A stretch of DNA of 64,000 bases from Candidatus Woesearchaeota archaeon (GTDB lineage Archaea; Nanobdellota; Nanobdellia; UBA10117; JABICX01), in NCBI GenBank assembly GCA_018652045.1, contig JABICX010000017.1:6293-70292 (forward strand), in the 5' to 3' direction. Under the pieces are notes generated by a model that saw nothing but the letters and a program-made list of their open reading frames with translations, did not search any database and was not told the origin of the DNA. The position numbers were made by a program, and so were the translations under genes. Shown here piece after piece: positions 38,501-49,144 of this stretch. Position 1 is the first letter of the stretch, and every line of letters starts with the position of its first letter.

Positions 38501-39685
38501 TTAGAAGAAACCTAGTGCTTCAATGTCGGCTATGACTTCATTGAATACGGCTTCTCGCTGTTCTGCGTCATCAAATGCCTCTGAATAATTTTTTATGGTT
38601 CTTAAAAGCGCATCTTTATTGAAATACCCATGATTATGGGTTGATGAGCGTTCATCTGCCTTTTTAATCTCATTCTCCACCAATGTTTGCTTAAAAATAT
38701 CTGGAAACACATCGTTTAGTATATGTAAGACTCTTGCCTCCATCTTAAGTTTGTTGAGAGTATATTGATATTGTACATCATCATATGCTCTGTCCTCCAT
38801 ACCATAATCATGTATACGATAGTCGAAAGTTAAGGCGTGCGGTAATGCCAGCATTGCATCAGGAAGCTGATAGTGACCTTCACTAATGTGATAATCTAAT
38901 ATTGAAAATCCTACGTCAGGATCGTACATGAAGTTCGATTCTTTTGGATCTATAACAAGCCCGTTTTTGCTCATTATCTCCACAGTACTGATTAAGTTAA
39001 CGATTTCTTCTGTTGTGTACTGCGGTCTTGTATTTACGTTATATTCTGATACGTTTTTTCCAGGTAAACACTCCATAATCGTTGCTGTATCTTCAAATGA
39101 ATATGCAACTAACTGCGATAGGTTAGGTATACCTTTACCTCTATGTAGCGCTTTTAGCTCGTAATTCATCTGAACCGCACCACCAAACTTTACTGCGTAT
39201 GTCTGTCCATCCACCTCAATAGCAAAAGCATGGCCATTGCTACCGCCACCAAGGTATCCTGGAATCTCATCTAGCGTTTTAGTGTCTATATCTTCTTTTA
39301 GTCCTTTTACGATATCTCGGAACTTCTTATCATACAGCTGTGCGTTGTCTACACGTTCAGTTACTGCTTCTAATGACACTCCCTGAACAAAATCAGCGTA
39401 TGCATCTCCATGTTTAGTTACAAGCGTCTCTAGAACTGCAGGCGTGCCTGCCATGGATTCGCTAGAAACCATTATTTGAGATAATCGATTCGCAGTCAAT
39501 AGTAGTGCTCTTTGGTCTTTACTAAACTCTTCAACATGAGCGCTATCTGCAAAAAGCTCTAACTTAGCTAGAGTCACGTACGGTTCAACGTTATTACTTT
39601 CGCTTGAAGACATAGCTCTCTCCTCTCTTGTATACAACACCAACTGGCCGTTTCTCAGATTGACCACGCAATCCCGCGTATACAA
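38501..39685 (-). CDS. Protein-kinase-like fold protein with N-terminal extension
   Basis: Gly-rich loop plus Lys (GYLGGGSNGHAFAIEVDGQTYAVKF), catalytic-loop-like IDPKESNFMYD, DYH in place of DFG. Likely start MSSSESNN at 39613. Confidence 0.5.
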   Translation of the reverse strand: MYTRDCVVNLRNGQLVLYTREERAMSSSESNNVEPYVTLAKLELFADSAHVEEFSKDQRALLLTANRLSQIMVSSESMAGTPAVLETLVTKHGDAYADFVQGVSLEAVTERVDNAQLYDKKFRDIVKGLKEDIDTKTLDEIPGYLGGGSNGHAFAIEVDGQTYAVKFGGAVQMNYELKALHRGKGIPNLSQLVAYSFEDTATIMECLPGKNVSEYNVNTRPQYTTEEIVNLISTVEIMSKNGLVIDPKESNFMYDPDVGFSILDYHISEGHYQLPDAMLALPHALTFDYRIHDYGMEDRAYDDVQYQYTLNKLKMEARVLHILNDVFPDIFKQTLVENEIKKADERSSTHNHGYFNKDALLRTIKNYSEAFDDAEQREAVFNEVIADIEALGFF

Positions 39686-39983
39686 ACTCTATAAACTCAC
39701 TTAAATGATATGCAGTGATTCTATTTCCGCTACGTGGTTTAGTAGACAGTTCTTGCGTTAAAGTTGCTTTAACAACTTGGCTCTCATTCTTTTCTGCCAA
39801 TTGAACAATCTGATCTAATATGAAATCATTTTCAGTGTCTAATTCAGAGACATCTACTAACTTAAGAGTTATTTCTGACGGTGTTTCTGCTCGTTCTCTA
39901 AGCCAAGGTAAATCTGACTCTAGAATAAGCTCTTCAGCTACTCGTGGAAAAAATCCGTATGCCATTCCAAATACTTTACGCAT
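39594..39983 (-). CDS. Hypothetical protein (operon member)
   Basis: 129-aa ORF that overlaps both its neighbours. Confidence 0.4.
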   Translation of the reverse strand: MRKVFGMAYGFFPRVAEELILESDLPWLRERAETPSEITLKLVDVSELDTENDFILDQIVQLAEKNESQVVKATLTQELSTKPRSGNRITAYHLSEFIEFVYAGLRGQSEKRPVGVVYKRGESYVFKRK

Positions 39984-40671
39984 TTACGGCCTCCATACCA
40001 CTGTTTTCAGGTCTTCGGTAGATTAGTACATCCTTATCCATTTGTGGCAGCTTGCTTACCTCTCGGATCTCAACTATCTTTGAAGGATCAATTGGACCAA
40101 TAACATTCCACTCAAATTCAGGTGGGAAAAAGTCTTCATCGCGGATAGCCTCATCGATATCAAGTTCTACAGTAATTCGAGTCCATCCACTACCAAATCC
40201 CTCCGGACTTGTTCTGAAACACTGTCTTACAGAATACTGGTCGTGTCCAGCAGTACCACTACAATCGCAAGAAATTCCTCTTCGATCGCCAGATATCCAC
40301 GTCTCCAAATCATTAAGTTCTTCAGTCTTACCCTTCTCTTTCAATAACGCCGTCACTTCATCAAGCGATCTGATTCTTTTACCGTCTCTAAAAGCGGACG
40401 GGAACAGACCTTTAGTTTTTATGGCGTCTATATCGCCAAGGCTTAGTTGTATAGATCGATATAACGTAATCTTGTTGGTTTCAGGGTTATGATTACCCGT
40501 ATACCAGTTATCAAAATGCTCGTTAAATATCTGATCTTCCTCTTGAAGAACTTCAGCAGGGTCTCTCAGAGGCCAAATATCGTTTTTAACAGAATAATTA
40601 GCGCGCCACTCAGCTCTTACTTCAGCAAGACGTACTATATCATTAATATCTTCTGCCATTTTAATCTGCAA
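39976..40671 (-). CDS. Hypothetical protein (operon member)
   Basis: 231-aa ORF overlapping neighbours by 8 and 11 nt. Confidence 0.45.
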   Translation of the reverse strand: MQIKMAEDINDIVRLAEVRAEWRANYSVKNDIWPLRDPAEVLQEEDQIFNEHFDNWYTGNHNPETNKITLYRSIQLSLGDIDAIKTKGLFPSAFRDGKRIRSLDEVTALLKEKGKTEELNDLETWISGDRRGISCDCSGTAGHDQYSVRQCFRTSPEGFGSGWTRITVELDIDEAIRDEDFFPPEFEWNVIGPIDPSKIVEIREVSKLPQMDKDVLIYRRPENSGMEAVNA

Positions 40672-41275
40672 CCCTCCTTCCTAAATCCTTACTTGGTACG
40701 TAGTTTTGCAATAGAACCTGTTTAGCAGTTTCTGCAATATGTTTTTCCGGACCGCTGTGTCGAACCACACTAAGATTATATCCTCGCTCGTGTAATAATA
40801 ATAGTGAACTGACATTTGCTACAAACTCAAGCAAGTAATGACTACAGTGTACTAAGGGAGGTGTTCGACCAACTCTATTTTTAAAACCAGACCACGCAAG
40901 CCGATCATCTACAACATCTAATCGCTCTATTAAGTGAATAACATGTGCCTGTTCATGAGCTTTTGATCCCAGTATTGTTACTGGGTTAGACTGATCCTTG
41001 ACGCAAATCCTAACAAATATGTCGTTATCTCGACTATGTGCGTGAAAATATCCGCTCATGTCCTCACAAGTAGTTTGTTTTTGTGCAAATTTATCTGGAT
41101 CTCCACCGAGTTCTAAATAGTATTTTCGTTCTTGATCAACAATGCTTTTTACAACTCCATCATCTCTAAAATCAATGTTCTCTACTTCGAAAGTTAATTT
41201 CCATGCATCTAAAGGTATTAATCCCATGTTATACGCCCTCCGCAGTCTTTTCAAAAAACATCGCACCATTACCAT
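40661..41275 (-). CDS. Hypothetical protein with HExxH motif (possible minimal zincin)
   Basis: HEQAHVIH motif. Start may be the internal MGLIPLD, since the longer N-terminus overlaps the upstream gene. Confidence 0.4.
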   Translation of the reverse strand: MVMVRCFLKRLRRAYNMGLIPLDAWKLTFEVENIDFRDDGVVKSIVDQERKYYLELGGDPDKFAQKQTTCEDMSGYFHAHSRDNDIFVRICVKDQSNPVTILGSKAHEQAHVIHLIERLDVVDDRLAWSGFKNRVGRTPPLVHCSHYLLEFVANVSSLLLLHERGYNLSVVRHSGPEKHIAETAKQVLLQNYVPSKDLGRRVAD

Positions 41276-41852
41276 ATGCAGTAGGTACTCGCTCTACAGG
41301 GTGACGAAACACATGTTCTGAGCCCCATTTAGAATCTACTATAATACCCTCACTAGCATCTCGTACTATACCCCAATGTTCTACAGGGTTTTTAGCAGTG
41401 AGTAATTTGTCTGCGTAAACTGGTAAAGAAAAATATAGTGCAACTGAACCAATTTTTGGTGAAGGAATCCATCGAAGTCCTCTCAGATCATCCTTTAATA
41501 GAATGTTTGCATGTCTACCTCTGCCATATATCGATAGACCAACTTGATCAAATGCCCAACTTCTACAATCATCAAATTTTCCACTGTTTGGGAAAGAGTA
41601 TTGTGATTTAATTACACTAACACCTGTACCTGATAATGCTCGCTGTACTCTTCTTACTGGTCCAGATACTTCGTCTAATGCTTCACGTAGCGCCTCTCCA
41701 CCAGAAAAGACAAAGGCAGTTCTATCTAAAACATCCTCAATACTAGCTTTAATACCAAAACGTGCAGAAAACTGGTTGATATTACTAATTAACCTCTCCT
41801 GAGAGATACTCGTATCCGGGAGAACTTCAGCTCTATTGAGTGTTTCTTTCAT
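41229..41852 (-). CDS. CHAP/NlpC-P60-like Cys-His amidohydrolase-fold protein (tentative)
   Basis: Candidate catalytic Cys (DDCRSWAF) followed ~65 aa later by EHWGIVRD..IVDSKWG, the spacing and context of CHAP domains. Confidence 0.4.
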   Translation of the reverse strand: MKETLNRAEVLPDTSISQERLISNINQFSARFGIKASIEDVLDRTAFVFSGGEALREALDEVSGPVRRVQRALSGTGVSVIKSQYSFPNSGKFDDCRSWAFDQVGLSIYGRGRHANILLKDDLRGLRWIPSPKIGSVALYFSLPVYADKLLTAKNPVEHWGIVRDASEGIIVDSKWGSEHVFRHPVERVPTAYGNGAMFFEKTAEGV

Positions 41853-41892
41853 GTATTACTATGCAGTTACGCATTTATAAGCTTTTTGAAAA

Positions 41893-42333
41893 CTACTTTA
41901 TCAAATTAGAGTTAAAACTTATCTTCTTATGTAAAATATAGACAATAATAAACGCAACTGTACCTGCAAGTAGTCTGCTCCACATTGGGCCAATTAAGAG
42001 AAGTTCTACCAACACATACATCGAGAACATGTTTATCAGTAGATCAAAGACAGATATACCTAAAAAGGCGCTATACTGTGTCTTTACGCGCTTAGCCTGA
42101 GACTTAAATGCGTATTTTCTACTCCATAGATATCTTAGTGTGCTTCCAAATGTAAAGGATATCACTAAAGCAATTTGATAATGTATGTTGGCAAGTAAGA
42201 ACAGATAAAATGCGCCGAACTCAAAGATACTTGAAAAACCTGCAACTGCGCCAAACCTAATCATCTGTGCAGATTTGCTATTCACAATATACTCTTTGAC
42301 TGAGTTTAGATTCATATAAAACAAACAACTCAA
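41893..42333 (-). CDS. GtrA-family membrane protein
   Basis: 146 aa with 4 TM helices and GtrA-like features (IRFGAVAGFSSIFEFGAFYLFL, YLWSRKYAF). Confidence 0.55.
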   Translation of the reverse strand: MSCLFYMNLNSVKEYIVNSKSAQMIRFGAVAGFSSIFEFGAFYLFLLANIHYQIALVISFTFGSTLRYLWSRKYAFKSQAKRVKTQYSAFLGISVFDLLINMFSMYVLVELLLIGPMWSRLLAGTVAFIIVYILHKKISFNSNLIK

Positions 42334-42371
42334 AGCATTTTAAGGCTTTTGAAAAGGCTTTTAAACGCATT

Positions 42372-43109
42372 TTGGCCTTTGAGTACATGGAATGTGTATA
42401 CAAACCAGACTGCAGTAACGGACGTCATATTTGTAGTTTGCAACGGATATTCAAATATCATGGTAGTCCTACCCATTCTGAAGACACTACCAACGTCAGG
42501 GTAGCTGGTAGATTACTGAGCGATTTAGATCATATACGAGACGGTGAAGCGAAATTTACAGAACCTATCGAAGCAGAATCTTATCATTCATTCTTTTCAA
42601 AAGATAACAGCGAGCTTAGTGAATATTTAGGAAGATCAGGTAAGAACTTAGAATTACTAACTGCAATTGAAGCTATTGATCGAGAAGTTCCGATATTAGA
42701 AGCAGCAAGTGTTGAATGGAAACATTATTTTAATCGCTTAGCTGAACTAGGTTCAGAACTATTTGTAACTGGAACAAATCTTCCAGATAAAACCTTTGCG
42801 AAAATATTTGGATATGCTTATTATAAATTTATGACAATGACAGATTCGTTAGTTGATTTGGAAAAAGATGAAGAAGCGGGTAACTTTAACCCGTTCATAG
42901 ATATCACACTTCAGGAAAAGGAAGAGGTTATTCATGAAATAAAATACCTGCAAGAATACTTAGTAACTGAAAAAACTAAAGCACAAGCAACACCGATATC
43001 GAACGATGAGCGAAGTGACTTGCCTTTTGTTGACCCTTTTGCGCTTTTAAATCGAACCGTAAGTCAGGCCATATGTGGGAGTATAAATTCCCAAAGCAGA
43101 CATTCTTAA
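42372..43109 (+). CDS. Hypothetical protein with possible isoprenoid-synthase-like (squalene/phytoene synthase) motif
   Basis: AYYKFMTMTDSLVDLEKDEEAGNFNP resembles the second Asp-rich motif of phytoene/squalene synthases. Weak. Confidence 0.3.
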   Translation: MAFEYMECVYKPDCSNGRHICSLQRIFKYHGSPTHSEDTTNVRVAGRLLSDLDHIRDGEAKFTEPIEAESYHSFFSKDNSELSEYLGRSGKNLELLTAIEAIDREVPILEAASVEWKHYFNRLAELGSELFVTGTNLPDKTFAKIFGYAYYKFMTMTDSLVDLEKDEEAGNFNPFIDITLQEKEEVIHEIKYLQEYLVTEKTKAQATPISNDERSDLPFVDPFALLNRTVSQAICGSINSQSRHS

Positions 43110-43277
43110 CATGTAAGTCATGTAATGTATATTATATGAACTTATTTCTAAGGGTTTACAAAAGCGTTACACTTTTGACTATTAATTTGGCGCAGTATAG
43201 CGATTACTCAAAAAAATGTAACCATCACAAAAAAACATTCTTTGCAATACTAACAAGATTAGAAAAAAACAGTTAAA

Positions 43278-44021
43278 CTATAAGTTCAAATTATCAACAA
43301 TCAAATAGATACCTGCGATAATAAAGAGAATTCCACCGATAACTGCAAAATAGAACAATCCGCCACGCGTACTTGATTCTAGTGCACCATATATCCACAT
43401 TCCACCAATACCAAAGAAAAAGACTCCAATAACAATTAACTTAATTATTAAACCAACTATCCCAAATATATCTTCAAATAAACTGGATATTCTTCTACTT
43501 GGTGCTTTTTTCTTCCCTACACTTATTAAACCGCCACGTTTTACTGGTTTTCCTTCTTTAACTCTTCGCAGTTCCCGTTTTAGAACCCAAGTGATATTAA
43601 ATAATTGGTTGGGGAAAATGTTAATATGCTTAATATGATTCTCATGATACATCGCCATTTTATACTTATACTGATTGCGATGTCTTTCACTAGTATTCCA
43701 ATTACCCAAAAATTCTATATGAATCTTCTCGCGAGGTAAATAAAAATCTGAAATACGATATGATTTAGAATCACCCCGTAATTTACCAATATAGTATTCT
43801 GGAATATATCTAATATGTAATCTACGTAATGTTCTAGCTACTTGTCGTTCACCATCTGTTCGACCATATGGATCTTTTCTATTGCGTTCATTATATCTGC
43901 CTAAATCTTTTAACTTAGAAATGTTCTTTTTCAGAAGCCGATCAACATGTTTATTGTAATCACTTCTATGCTTATGCCGTGATTTATGCTCCCGAGATCG
44001 AGATTTTCTATGTCGAGTCAT
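43278..44021 (-). CDS. Membrane-anchored protein with basic N-terminus and DUF559/Vsr-like endonuclease-fold motif
   Basis: RS/K-rich N-terminus, SDFYLPREKIHIEFLGNW resembling the DUF559 DF...K..IE.DG motif, and two C-terminal TM helices. Confidence 0.4.
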   Translation of the reverse strand: MTRHRKSRSREHKSRHKHRSDYNKHVDRLLKKNISKLKDLGRYNERNRKDPYGRTDGERQVARTLRRLHIRYIPEYYIGKLRGDSKSYRISDFYLPREKIHIEFLGNWNTSERHRNQYKYKMAMYHENHIKHINIFPNQLFNITWVLKRELRRVKEGKPVKRGGLISVGKKKAPSRRISSLFEDIFGIVGLIIKLIVIGVFFFGIGGMWIYGALESSTRGGLFYFAVIGGILFIIAGIYLIVDNLNL

Positions 44022-44109
44022 ACAATATAACTAAGATAAAACTTAAAACGCCTTCTAAAAAGCACATAGAACGTAGTTTAATAAATTATTTTAATATACT
44101 TCAAATAAT

Positions 44110-44304
44110 GTGTTTATGTCAAATAAAAAACAAGACGATCCAATGGCAATTGCATTCTACGCCATAATTGGCCTATATATAATTTATCAATTAGTTAAAG
44201 CACTGGTTGGAATAGATCCGCTTTTTGGTGAATATGGTTGGCCAGTATTCGGTGCTTTTGTTGCTGGACTGATACTATATTTTAGAAATAAATTATTTGG
44301 TTAA
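44110..44304 (+). CDS. Small membrane protein
   Basis: 64-aa ORF with two hydrophobic helices. Confidence 0.3.
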   Translation: MFMSNKKQDDPMAIAFYAIIGLYIIYQLVKALVGIDPLFGEYGWPVFGAFVAGLILYFRNKLFG

Positions 44305-46556
44305 ATAACTTTCTTCAAATAAGCGCCAGTATAACTCGTTTTTATCTTAGAAACAGCCTCAGGAGTACCAACTGCAACTATCTTACCACCCTTAGATCCG
44401 CCTTCTGGCCCAAGATCAATAAGCCAGTCTGCTGATCTGATAACGTCAAGATTATGTTCAATAACAATAACCGTGTTGCCTGAGTTAACTAGATCCTCAA
44501 TGATCTTTAGGAGTTTGTCAATATCAGCCATATGCAAGCCAGTTGTTGGCTCATCCATAATGTAGATGTTCCCCTTTTTGTGAAGTTCAGATGCAAGCTT
44601 TATTCTCTGAGCCTCTCCACCACTTAAGCTATTCAGAGGCTGGCCAAGCTCAAGATAATCTAGACCAACAGCTTCTAAAACCGCTAGCTTGCGCTTGATC
44701 TCCTTACCTTCAAAAAAGCCAACTGCCTCTCGCACAGTCATCTTAAGAACATCTGAGATGTTCTTGCCCTTATACTTCAGATCAAGAACCTTCTGAGTAT
44801 ATCTCTCACCATTACACTCATCACAGGTTATCATCACATCATCTAACATATGCATCTCAATCTTCAGAGTTCCATGACCCTTACACTTCTGACATGCACC
44901 ATCTGAGTTAAAGCTAAACAAACCTGCCTTCTTACCGGTTCCTTTAGCAAATTCATTTCTAATATCGCCAAAAACCTTTGTGTAGGTTGCAGGATTTGAC
45001 CTAGAAGACTTTCCAACACCAGACTGATCAACTACTATAGACTTTGGGTGTTCTTTAGCCAAAACATCATTAATCAGACTTGACTTTCCAGAACCAGCTA
45101 CTCCAGTCACACATGTGAACACTCCTGTTGGGATGTCAACGCTGATGTTCTTTAGATTATGTACTCTTGCGTTCTTTATCTTCAGGAAGTTGGTTGACTT
45201 TCGTCTCGTAGGTTTGCTCTTTTTCTTACTTCTTAGGAACTCGCCAGTCACAGTCTTTGATTTCTTTAGCTGGCCAAAAGTTCCGGTGAACGTGATTTTC
45301 CCGCCACGAGAACCTGCACCCGGACCAATGTCAACAACATAGTCTGCAGCTTCTATCACCGAGGGATCATGCTCGACAACAAGTACGCTGTTGCCATTTT
45401 TCTTGAGCTCTTTAAGGATGTTCAGAAGATGATTAAGATCTTTAGGATGCAGACCAATGCTAGGTTCATCTAGCACATAGATGAGATCAACTAGATTGCA
45501 GCCGAGCTGTCTAGCCATTTTCACTCTTTGTGACTCTCCGCCACTCAGAGTTCCAACTGATCGGTTCAAAGACAGGTAGCCAACACCAATTGCGATCAGA
45601 TGCTTTAGGCTTTCACTGATGCGTTTAACAACAGGATCTTCAACAGGACCTTTGACTTTAGCTAGGAACTTATCCAAGTCAGTCAGCTCCATGTCAACAA
45701 GTTCTGCAATACTCTTGCCATTGACTTTAACAGATCGTGATTTCTTATTCAGACGAGATCCACCACATGCATCACATGGCTGAAGATCAACATACTTTTT
45801 TGCTAGATCAGCACTTCCCCAAGGATTACGTGGATCATTAACTCTTATCTGGATACGTCGCACAATTCCTTCATGACTAAAAGATTGAACAAAACCTTGT
45901 GCCTTGCTACTTAGAACAACATGTGGAGAATAAAGAAGGAAGTCTAACTCTTCTTTTGTGTAGTTCTTTATCGGCTTGTCCATGTCTAGGCGACCAGACA
46001 CTTCAATAATATTATAATAACGTGCACTGGGTTTGAAGATATTAATACGCGATGCACCCTGGCGCATAGACTTGTCAAAGTTCAGGACTTTGTGCGGATC
46101 AACCTCTTGCCGAACACCAAGACCTTTACAACTCATACACATTCCTTCAGGTCTGTTGAACGAGAACAAAGATGAGTCACCAATTAAAGGCTTACCACAC
46201 CGAGAAAACAGCAGACGCAAGTAACTATAGATCTCTGTTGAGGTTCCAACAGTTGATCGTGCGTTTCCGTGCATTCTTTTTTGATCAATAACAATCACAG
46301 GAGATAGGTTCTCTATCTCATCAACATCGGGCTTGCCGATCTGTGACATTCTAGCCCGTGCATATGAACTAAAAGTTTCAAGAAGCTGTCGTTGCGCTTC
46401 TGCGTAGATTGTGTCAAACACAAGAGAAGACTTGCCAGATCCAGACACACCAGTGAAGACAACAACCTTGTTCTTAGGAATGTCTAGCTTCACATTCTTC
46501 AAGTTGTGTGTTCTAGCTCCGCTAACTTTGATCATAGGTTGCATAATATAGATCAA
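44301..46556 (-). CDS. uvrA: UvrA-family ABC ATPase, short form (751 aa)
   Basis: Two ABC modules with Walker A ([20 protein letters not shown]) and signatures ([16 protein letters not shown]); zinc-finger Cys clusters. Too short to carry a full UvrB-binding insertion. Start may be the internal MIKVSGAR. Confidence 0.8.
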   Translation of the reverse strand: MIYIMQPMIKVSGARTHNLKNVKLDIPKNKVVVFTGVSGSGKSSLVFDTIYAEAQRQLLETFSSYARARMSQIGKPDVDEIENLSPVIVIDQKRMHGNARSTVGTSTEIYSYLRLLFSRCGKPLIGDSSLFSFNRPEGMCMSCKGLGVRQEVDPHKVLNFDKSMRQGASRINIFKPSARYYNIIEVSGRLDMDKPIKNYTKEELDFLLYSPHVVLSSKAQGFVQSFSHEGIVRRIQIRVNDPRNPWGSADLAKKYVDLQPCDACGGSRLNKKSRSVKVNGKSIAELVDMELTDLDKFLAKVKGPVEDPVVKRISESLKHLIAIGVGYLSLNRSVGTLSGGESQRVKMARQLGCNLVDLIYVLDEPSIGLHPKDLNHLLNILKELKKNGNSVLVVEHDPSVIEAADYVVDIGPGAGSRGGKITFTGTFGQLKKSKTVTGEFLRSKKKSKPTRRKSTNFLKIKNARVHNLKNISVDIPTGVFTCVTGVAGSGKSSLINDVLAKEHPKSIVVDQSGVGKSSRSNPATYTKVFGDIRNEFAKGTGKKAGLFSFNSDGACQKCKGHGTLKIEMHMLDDVMITCDECNGERYTQKVLDLKYKGKNISDVLKMTVREAVGFFEGKEIKRKLAVLEAVGLDYLELGQPLNSLSGGEAQRIKLASELHKKGNIYIMDEPTTGLHMADIDKLLKIIEDLVNSGNTVIVIEHNLDVIRSADWLIDLGPEGGSKGGKIVAVGTPEAVSKIKTSYTGAYLKKVI

Positions 46557-46658
46557 TAATTAAGATTTATAAGGGTTACACTTGGTTGTCTAATGTCTAT
46601 AAGTTCGTATGAGTGGGTTATCAGAAGAACTTAAATACAAGACTGAGAATACACTAAC

Positions 46659-46880
46659 ATGGTAACTAAAAAACCAACAAAAACAAGGATGAGTTGTTGC
46701 AGCATGAACTTTCAAGAGAGTGGTTGTGGTGGATTTGCTTACTTCCTTGGATTTATCGGAGCAGCGATCTATTATGTCTCAACATCTGCAGGCATACTAG
46801 GTGGAATAATGGGCGTTCTAAAAGGAATTGTATGGCCAGTTTTCCTAGTTCATGGACTTCTAAAATTCATTGGAGCCTAA
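46659..46880 (+). CDS. Small membrane protein
   Basis: 73-aa ORF with two TM helices. Confidence 0.3.
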   Translation: MVTKKPTKTRMSCCSMNFQESGCGGFAYFLGFIGAAIYYVSTSAGILGGIMGVLKGIVWPVFLVHGLLKFIGA

Positions 46881-47291
46881 CTAAAACAGATCTGGAGTAA
46901 TTGTCTTTTCGAAGATATCACCAAATAAGGTGTATTTATTTTTATGCATCCAAACGATAGTATCTTTCTGATCAAAATGCGGGAACATCACAGAAACACC
47001 TCGTTCCTGTTGATCTGCCAAACTCTGGAAAGCATACTGAATAATCTCAAGTGTCGGTGTACCCATTCCCAAAGTAGCTTCCCGATGTGAGTTTCTTAAA
47101 CACATTTCACCACGGGATTCACTAATTGTAAAACTAAAATCTGCGTTGTCTTCTCCTGAACGCACCTTGATGTTTAAATCGTCGTCATCTCTAGATATGA
47201 CCCAATAATGTGTATGATCGTGGATCTCTTGCGGTAGTGCATCTTGCAACATTACTGCGGTTAATGCTTCTGAAACAAGTTCTTCTATCAT
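46881..47291 (-). CDS. Hypothetical His-rich protein divergent from copZ
   Basis: 136-aa ORF with HDHTHYW. Confidence 0.4.
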   Translation of the reverse strand: MIEELVSEALTAVMLQDALPQEIHDHTHYWVISRDDDDLNIKVRSGEDNADFSFTISESRGEMCLRNSHREATLGMGTPTLEIIQYAFQSLADQQERGVSVMFPHFDQKDTIVWMHKNKYTLFGDIFEKTITPDLF

Positions 47292-47364
47292 TGTGATAGG
47301 TTACTCGACCCGGTCTGTTTTTAAAGTTTTTGGAAAAGATCTTGAAACCCGATTACAATGCCAT

Positions 47365-47378
47365 TGAAACTAGTTTCA
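47365..47378. promoter_or_regulatory. Perfect 14-nt palindrome TGAAACTAGTTTCA upstream of copZ (candidate metal-regulator operator)
   Basis: Seen directly, ~38 nt upstream of the copZ ATG. Confidence 0.4.
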
Positions 47379-47415
47379 TCAAAGTTCTTAATAACTGTTT
47401 CAAGGTAGTAATATC

Positions 47416-47625
47416 ATGGTAAACATTAAGATTACTACAAAAGGTATGCATTGTAACTCTTGCGAGATGCTGGTTAAAGATGCTTTAGAAGAATTAGCTG
47501 GTGTAAATAAAGTAGAAGCATCTCATGAAACTGGTGCAATATATATTGACTTTAATGACACGAAAATATCTAAAGAAAAAATCTTAGATGTAATAAAAGA
47601 AGAAGGTTATACGCCACAGGAATAA
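47416..47625 (+). CDS. copZ: Copper chaperone CopZ (HMA domain)
   Basis: 69 aa with GMHCNSCE metal-binding motif. Confidence 0.85.
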   Translation: MVNIKITTKGMHCNSCEMLVKDALEELAGVNKVEASHETGAIYIDFNDTKISKEKILDVIKEEGYTPQE

Positions 47626-47626
47626 T

Positions 47627-49144
47627 ATGACAATAATAACAAAGAATTTCAAGGCTAAAGGAATGCACTGTCAGAGTTGTGAAACTTTAATTGATCGCGC
47701 TATAAAAAATATCGATGGTGTTAAAGAAGTACTATCTAATTACGAAACTGAAACCGTACGGGTTACCTTTGACTCAGACAAAACCTCACTTGATCAGATC
47801 CGTAGCGTAGTTGAGAAGAAAGGATATGATTGTGAGTTGGTGTCGCCAACTAAAATATCTCATTCAAACAAAGATGATTCAGATTACTTAACTCTAGACT
47901 CAAAGTTTGTTAAACCGCTTGGGATCGTATTTGGAACAATTGGAGTAATACTTTTAGGATATTATCTATACACTCTATCAGGCAGTATGGCACTGCCTGA
48001 GATCAGTCAAAACATGAGTTATGGATTACTCTTTGTAGTTGGTTTACTAACTGGATTCCATTGCGTTAGTATGTGTGGAGGATTTGTTGTTAGCTACACT
48101 GCAAAACACGCGCAAGAAGGAACAAAAGCATATAGTTCTCATCTAATGTATGGTCTTGGAAAGACACTATCTTACACAATGATCGGAGCAGCTTTTGGTT
48201 TACTAGGTTCAATCATCATATTCACTCCATTTATGCGTGGGGCTGCAGGAATCATTGCAGGTGCATTCTTAATTATCTTTGGTCTAAACATGCTTAACAT
48301 CATTCCCGGACTAAGAAAGATTCGCATACGAACTCCTGCATTTATCGCAAGGTTTGTTGGAACTGAATCTCAGAAACATAAGAGTCCACTTATCATTGGT
48401 TTGTTAAACGGTCTAATGCTTGCGTGCGGTCCATTACAAGCTATATATATTATGGCTGCAGGAACTGGAAGTCCATTAGAAGGTGCAAAACTACTCTTCG
48501 TATTTGGATTAGGTACGCTACCTGTAATGCTTGGCTTTGGATTCTTTACAAGTTTCCTTTCTAGCAAGGCGACACATAAGATTCTAAAAGCGTCTGGACT
48601 TCTCGTCATAATACTTGGAGTCGTAATGATGAACCGAGGTCTTGCACTAACTGGAAGTGGATTCGATGCATCATCAATACTCGTATCTACTGGCGTTACA
48701 GACATAACAGGAAATGTTGCTGCATCAAATGACGGTTACCAAACGATTAAAATGGAGGTCAATCGATACGGATGGGAACCGGACCAGTTTGTGTTAAAGA
48801 AAGGCATTCCAGTAAAATGGATAATCACTGGTAAAGAAATAAATGGTTGCAACAATGCTATACAGGTTCCTAAGTTCGATCTTGAGTTCGATATAAAACA
48901 AGGTGAACAAATTATAGAGTTCACACCTAACGAAGAAGGCGTCGTAGCTTGGAGCTGCTGGATGGGTATGATACCAGGTACATTTATTGTTAAAGACGAC
49001 ATCGACTTAAGTAATGCTGACGAGATACAACAAGAACTTGCTGCAGCACCTAAACCGAAAGCTGGTTCATGTGGTGGCAGTTGTGGATCACCAACATGTG
49101 GCGGTTCAACAGGTGGCGGCTGTGGCTGTGGAGGTGGACGATAA
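47627..49144 (+). CDS. HMA-domain / polytopic membrane domain / Cys-Gly-rich tail fusion protein, putative metal transporter
   Basis: N-terminal HMA (GMHCQSCE), about 7 TM helices with FHCVSMCGG in a TM, a C-terminal soluble beta-rich domain ending [11 protein letters not shown], and a tail [26 protein letters not shown]. Confidence 0.6.
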   Translation: MTIITKNFKAKGMHCQSCETLIDRAIKNIDGVKEVLSNYETETVRVTFDSDKTSLDQIRSVVEKKGYDCELVSPTKISHSNKDDSDYLTLDSKFVKPLGIVFGTIGVILLGYYLYTLSGSMALPEISQNMSYGLLFVVGLLTGFHCVSMCGGFVVSYTAKHAQEGTKAYSSHLMYGLGKTLSYTMIGAAFGLLGSIIIFTPFMRGAAGIIAGAFLIIFGLNMLNIIPGLRKIRIRTPAFIARFVGTESQKHKSPLIIGLLNGLMLACGPLQAIYIMAAGTGSPLEGAKLLFVFGLGTLPVMLGFGFFTSFLSSKATHKILKASGLLVIILGVVMMNRGLALTGSGFDASSILVSTGVTDITGNVAASNDGYQTIKMEVNRYGWEPDQFVLKKGIPVKWIITGKEINGCNNAIQVPKFDLEFDIKQGEQIIEFTPNEEGVVAWSCWMGMIPGTFIVKDDIDLSNADEIQQELAAAPKPKAGSCGGSCGSPTCGGSTGGGCGCGGGR

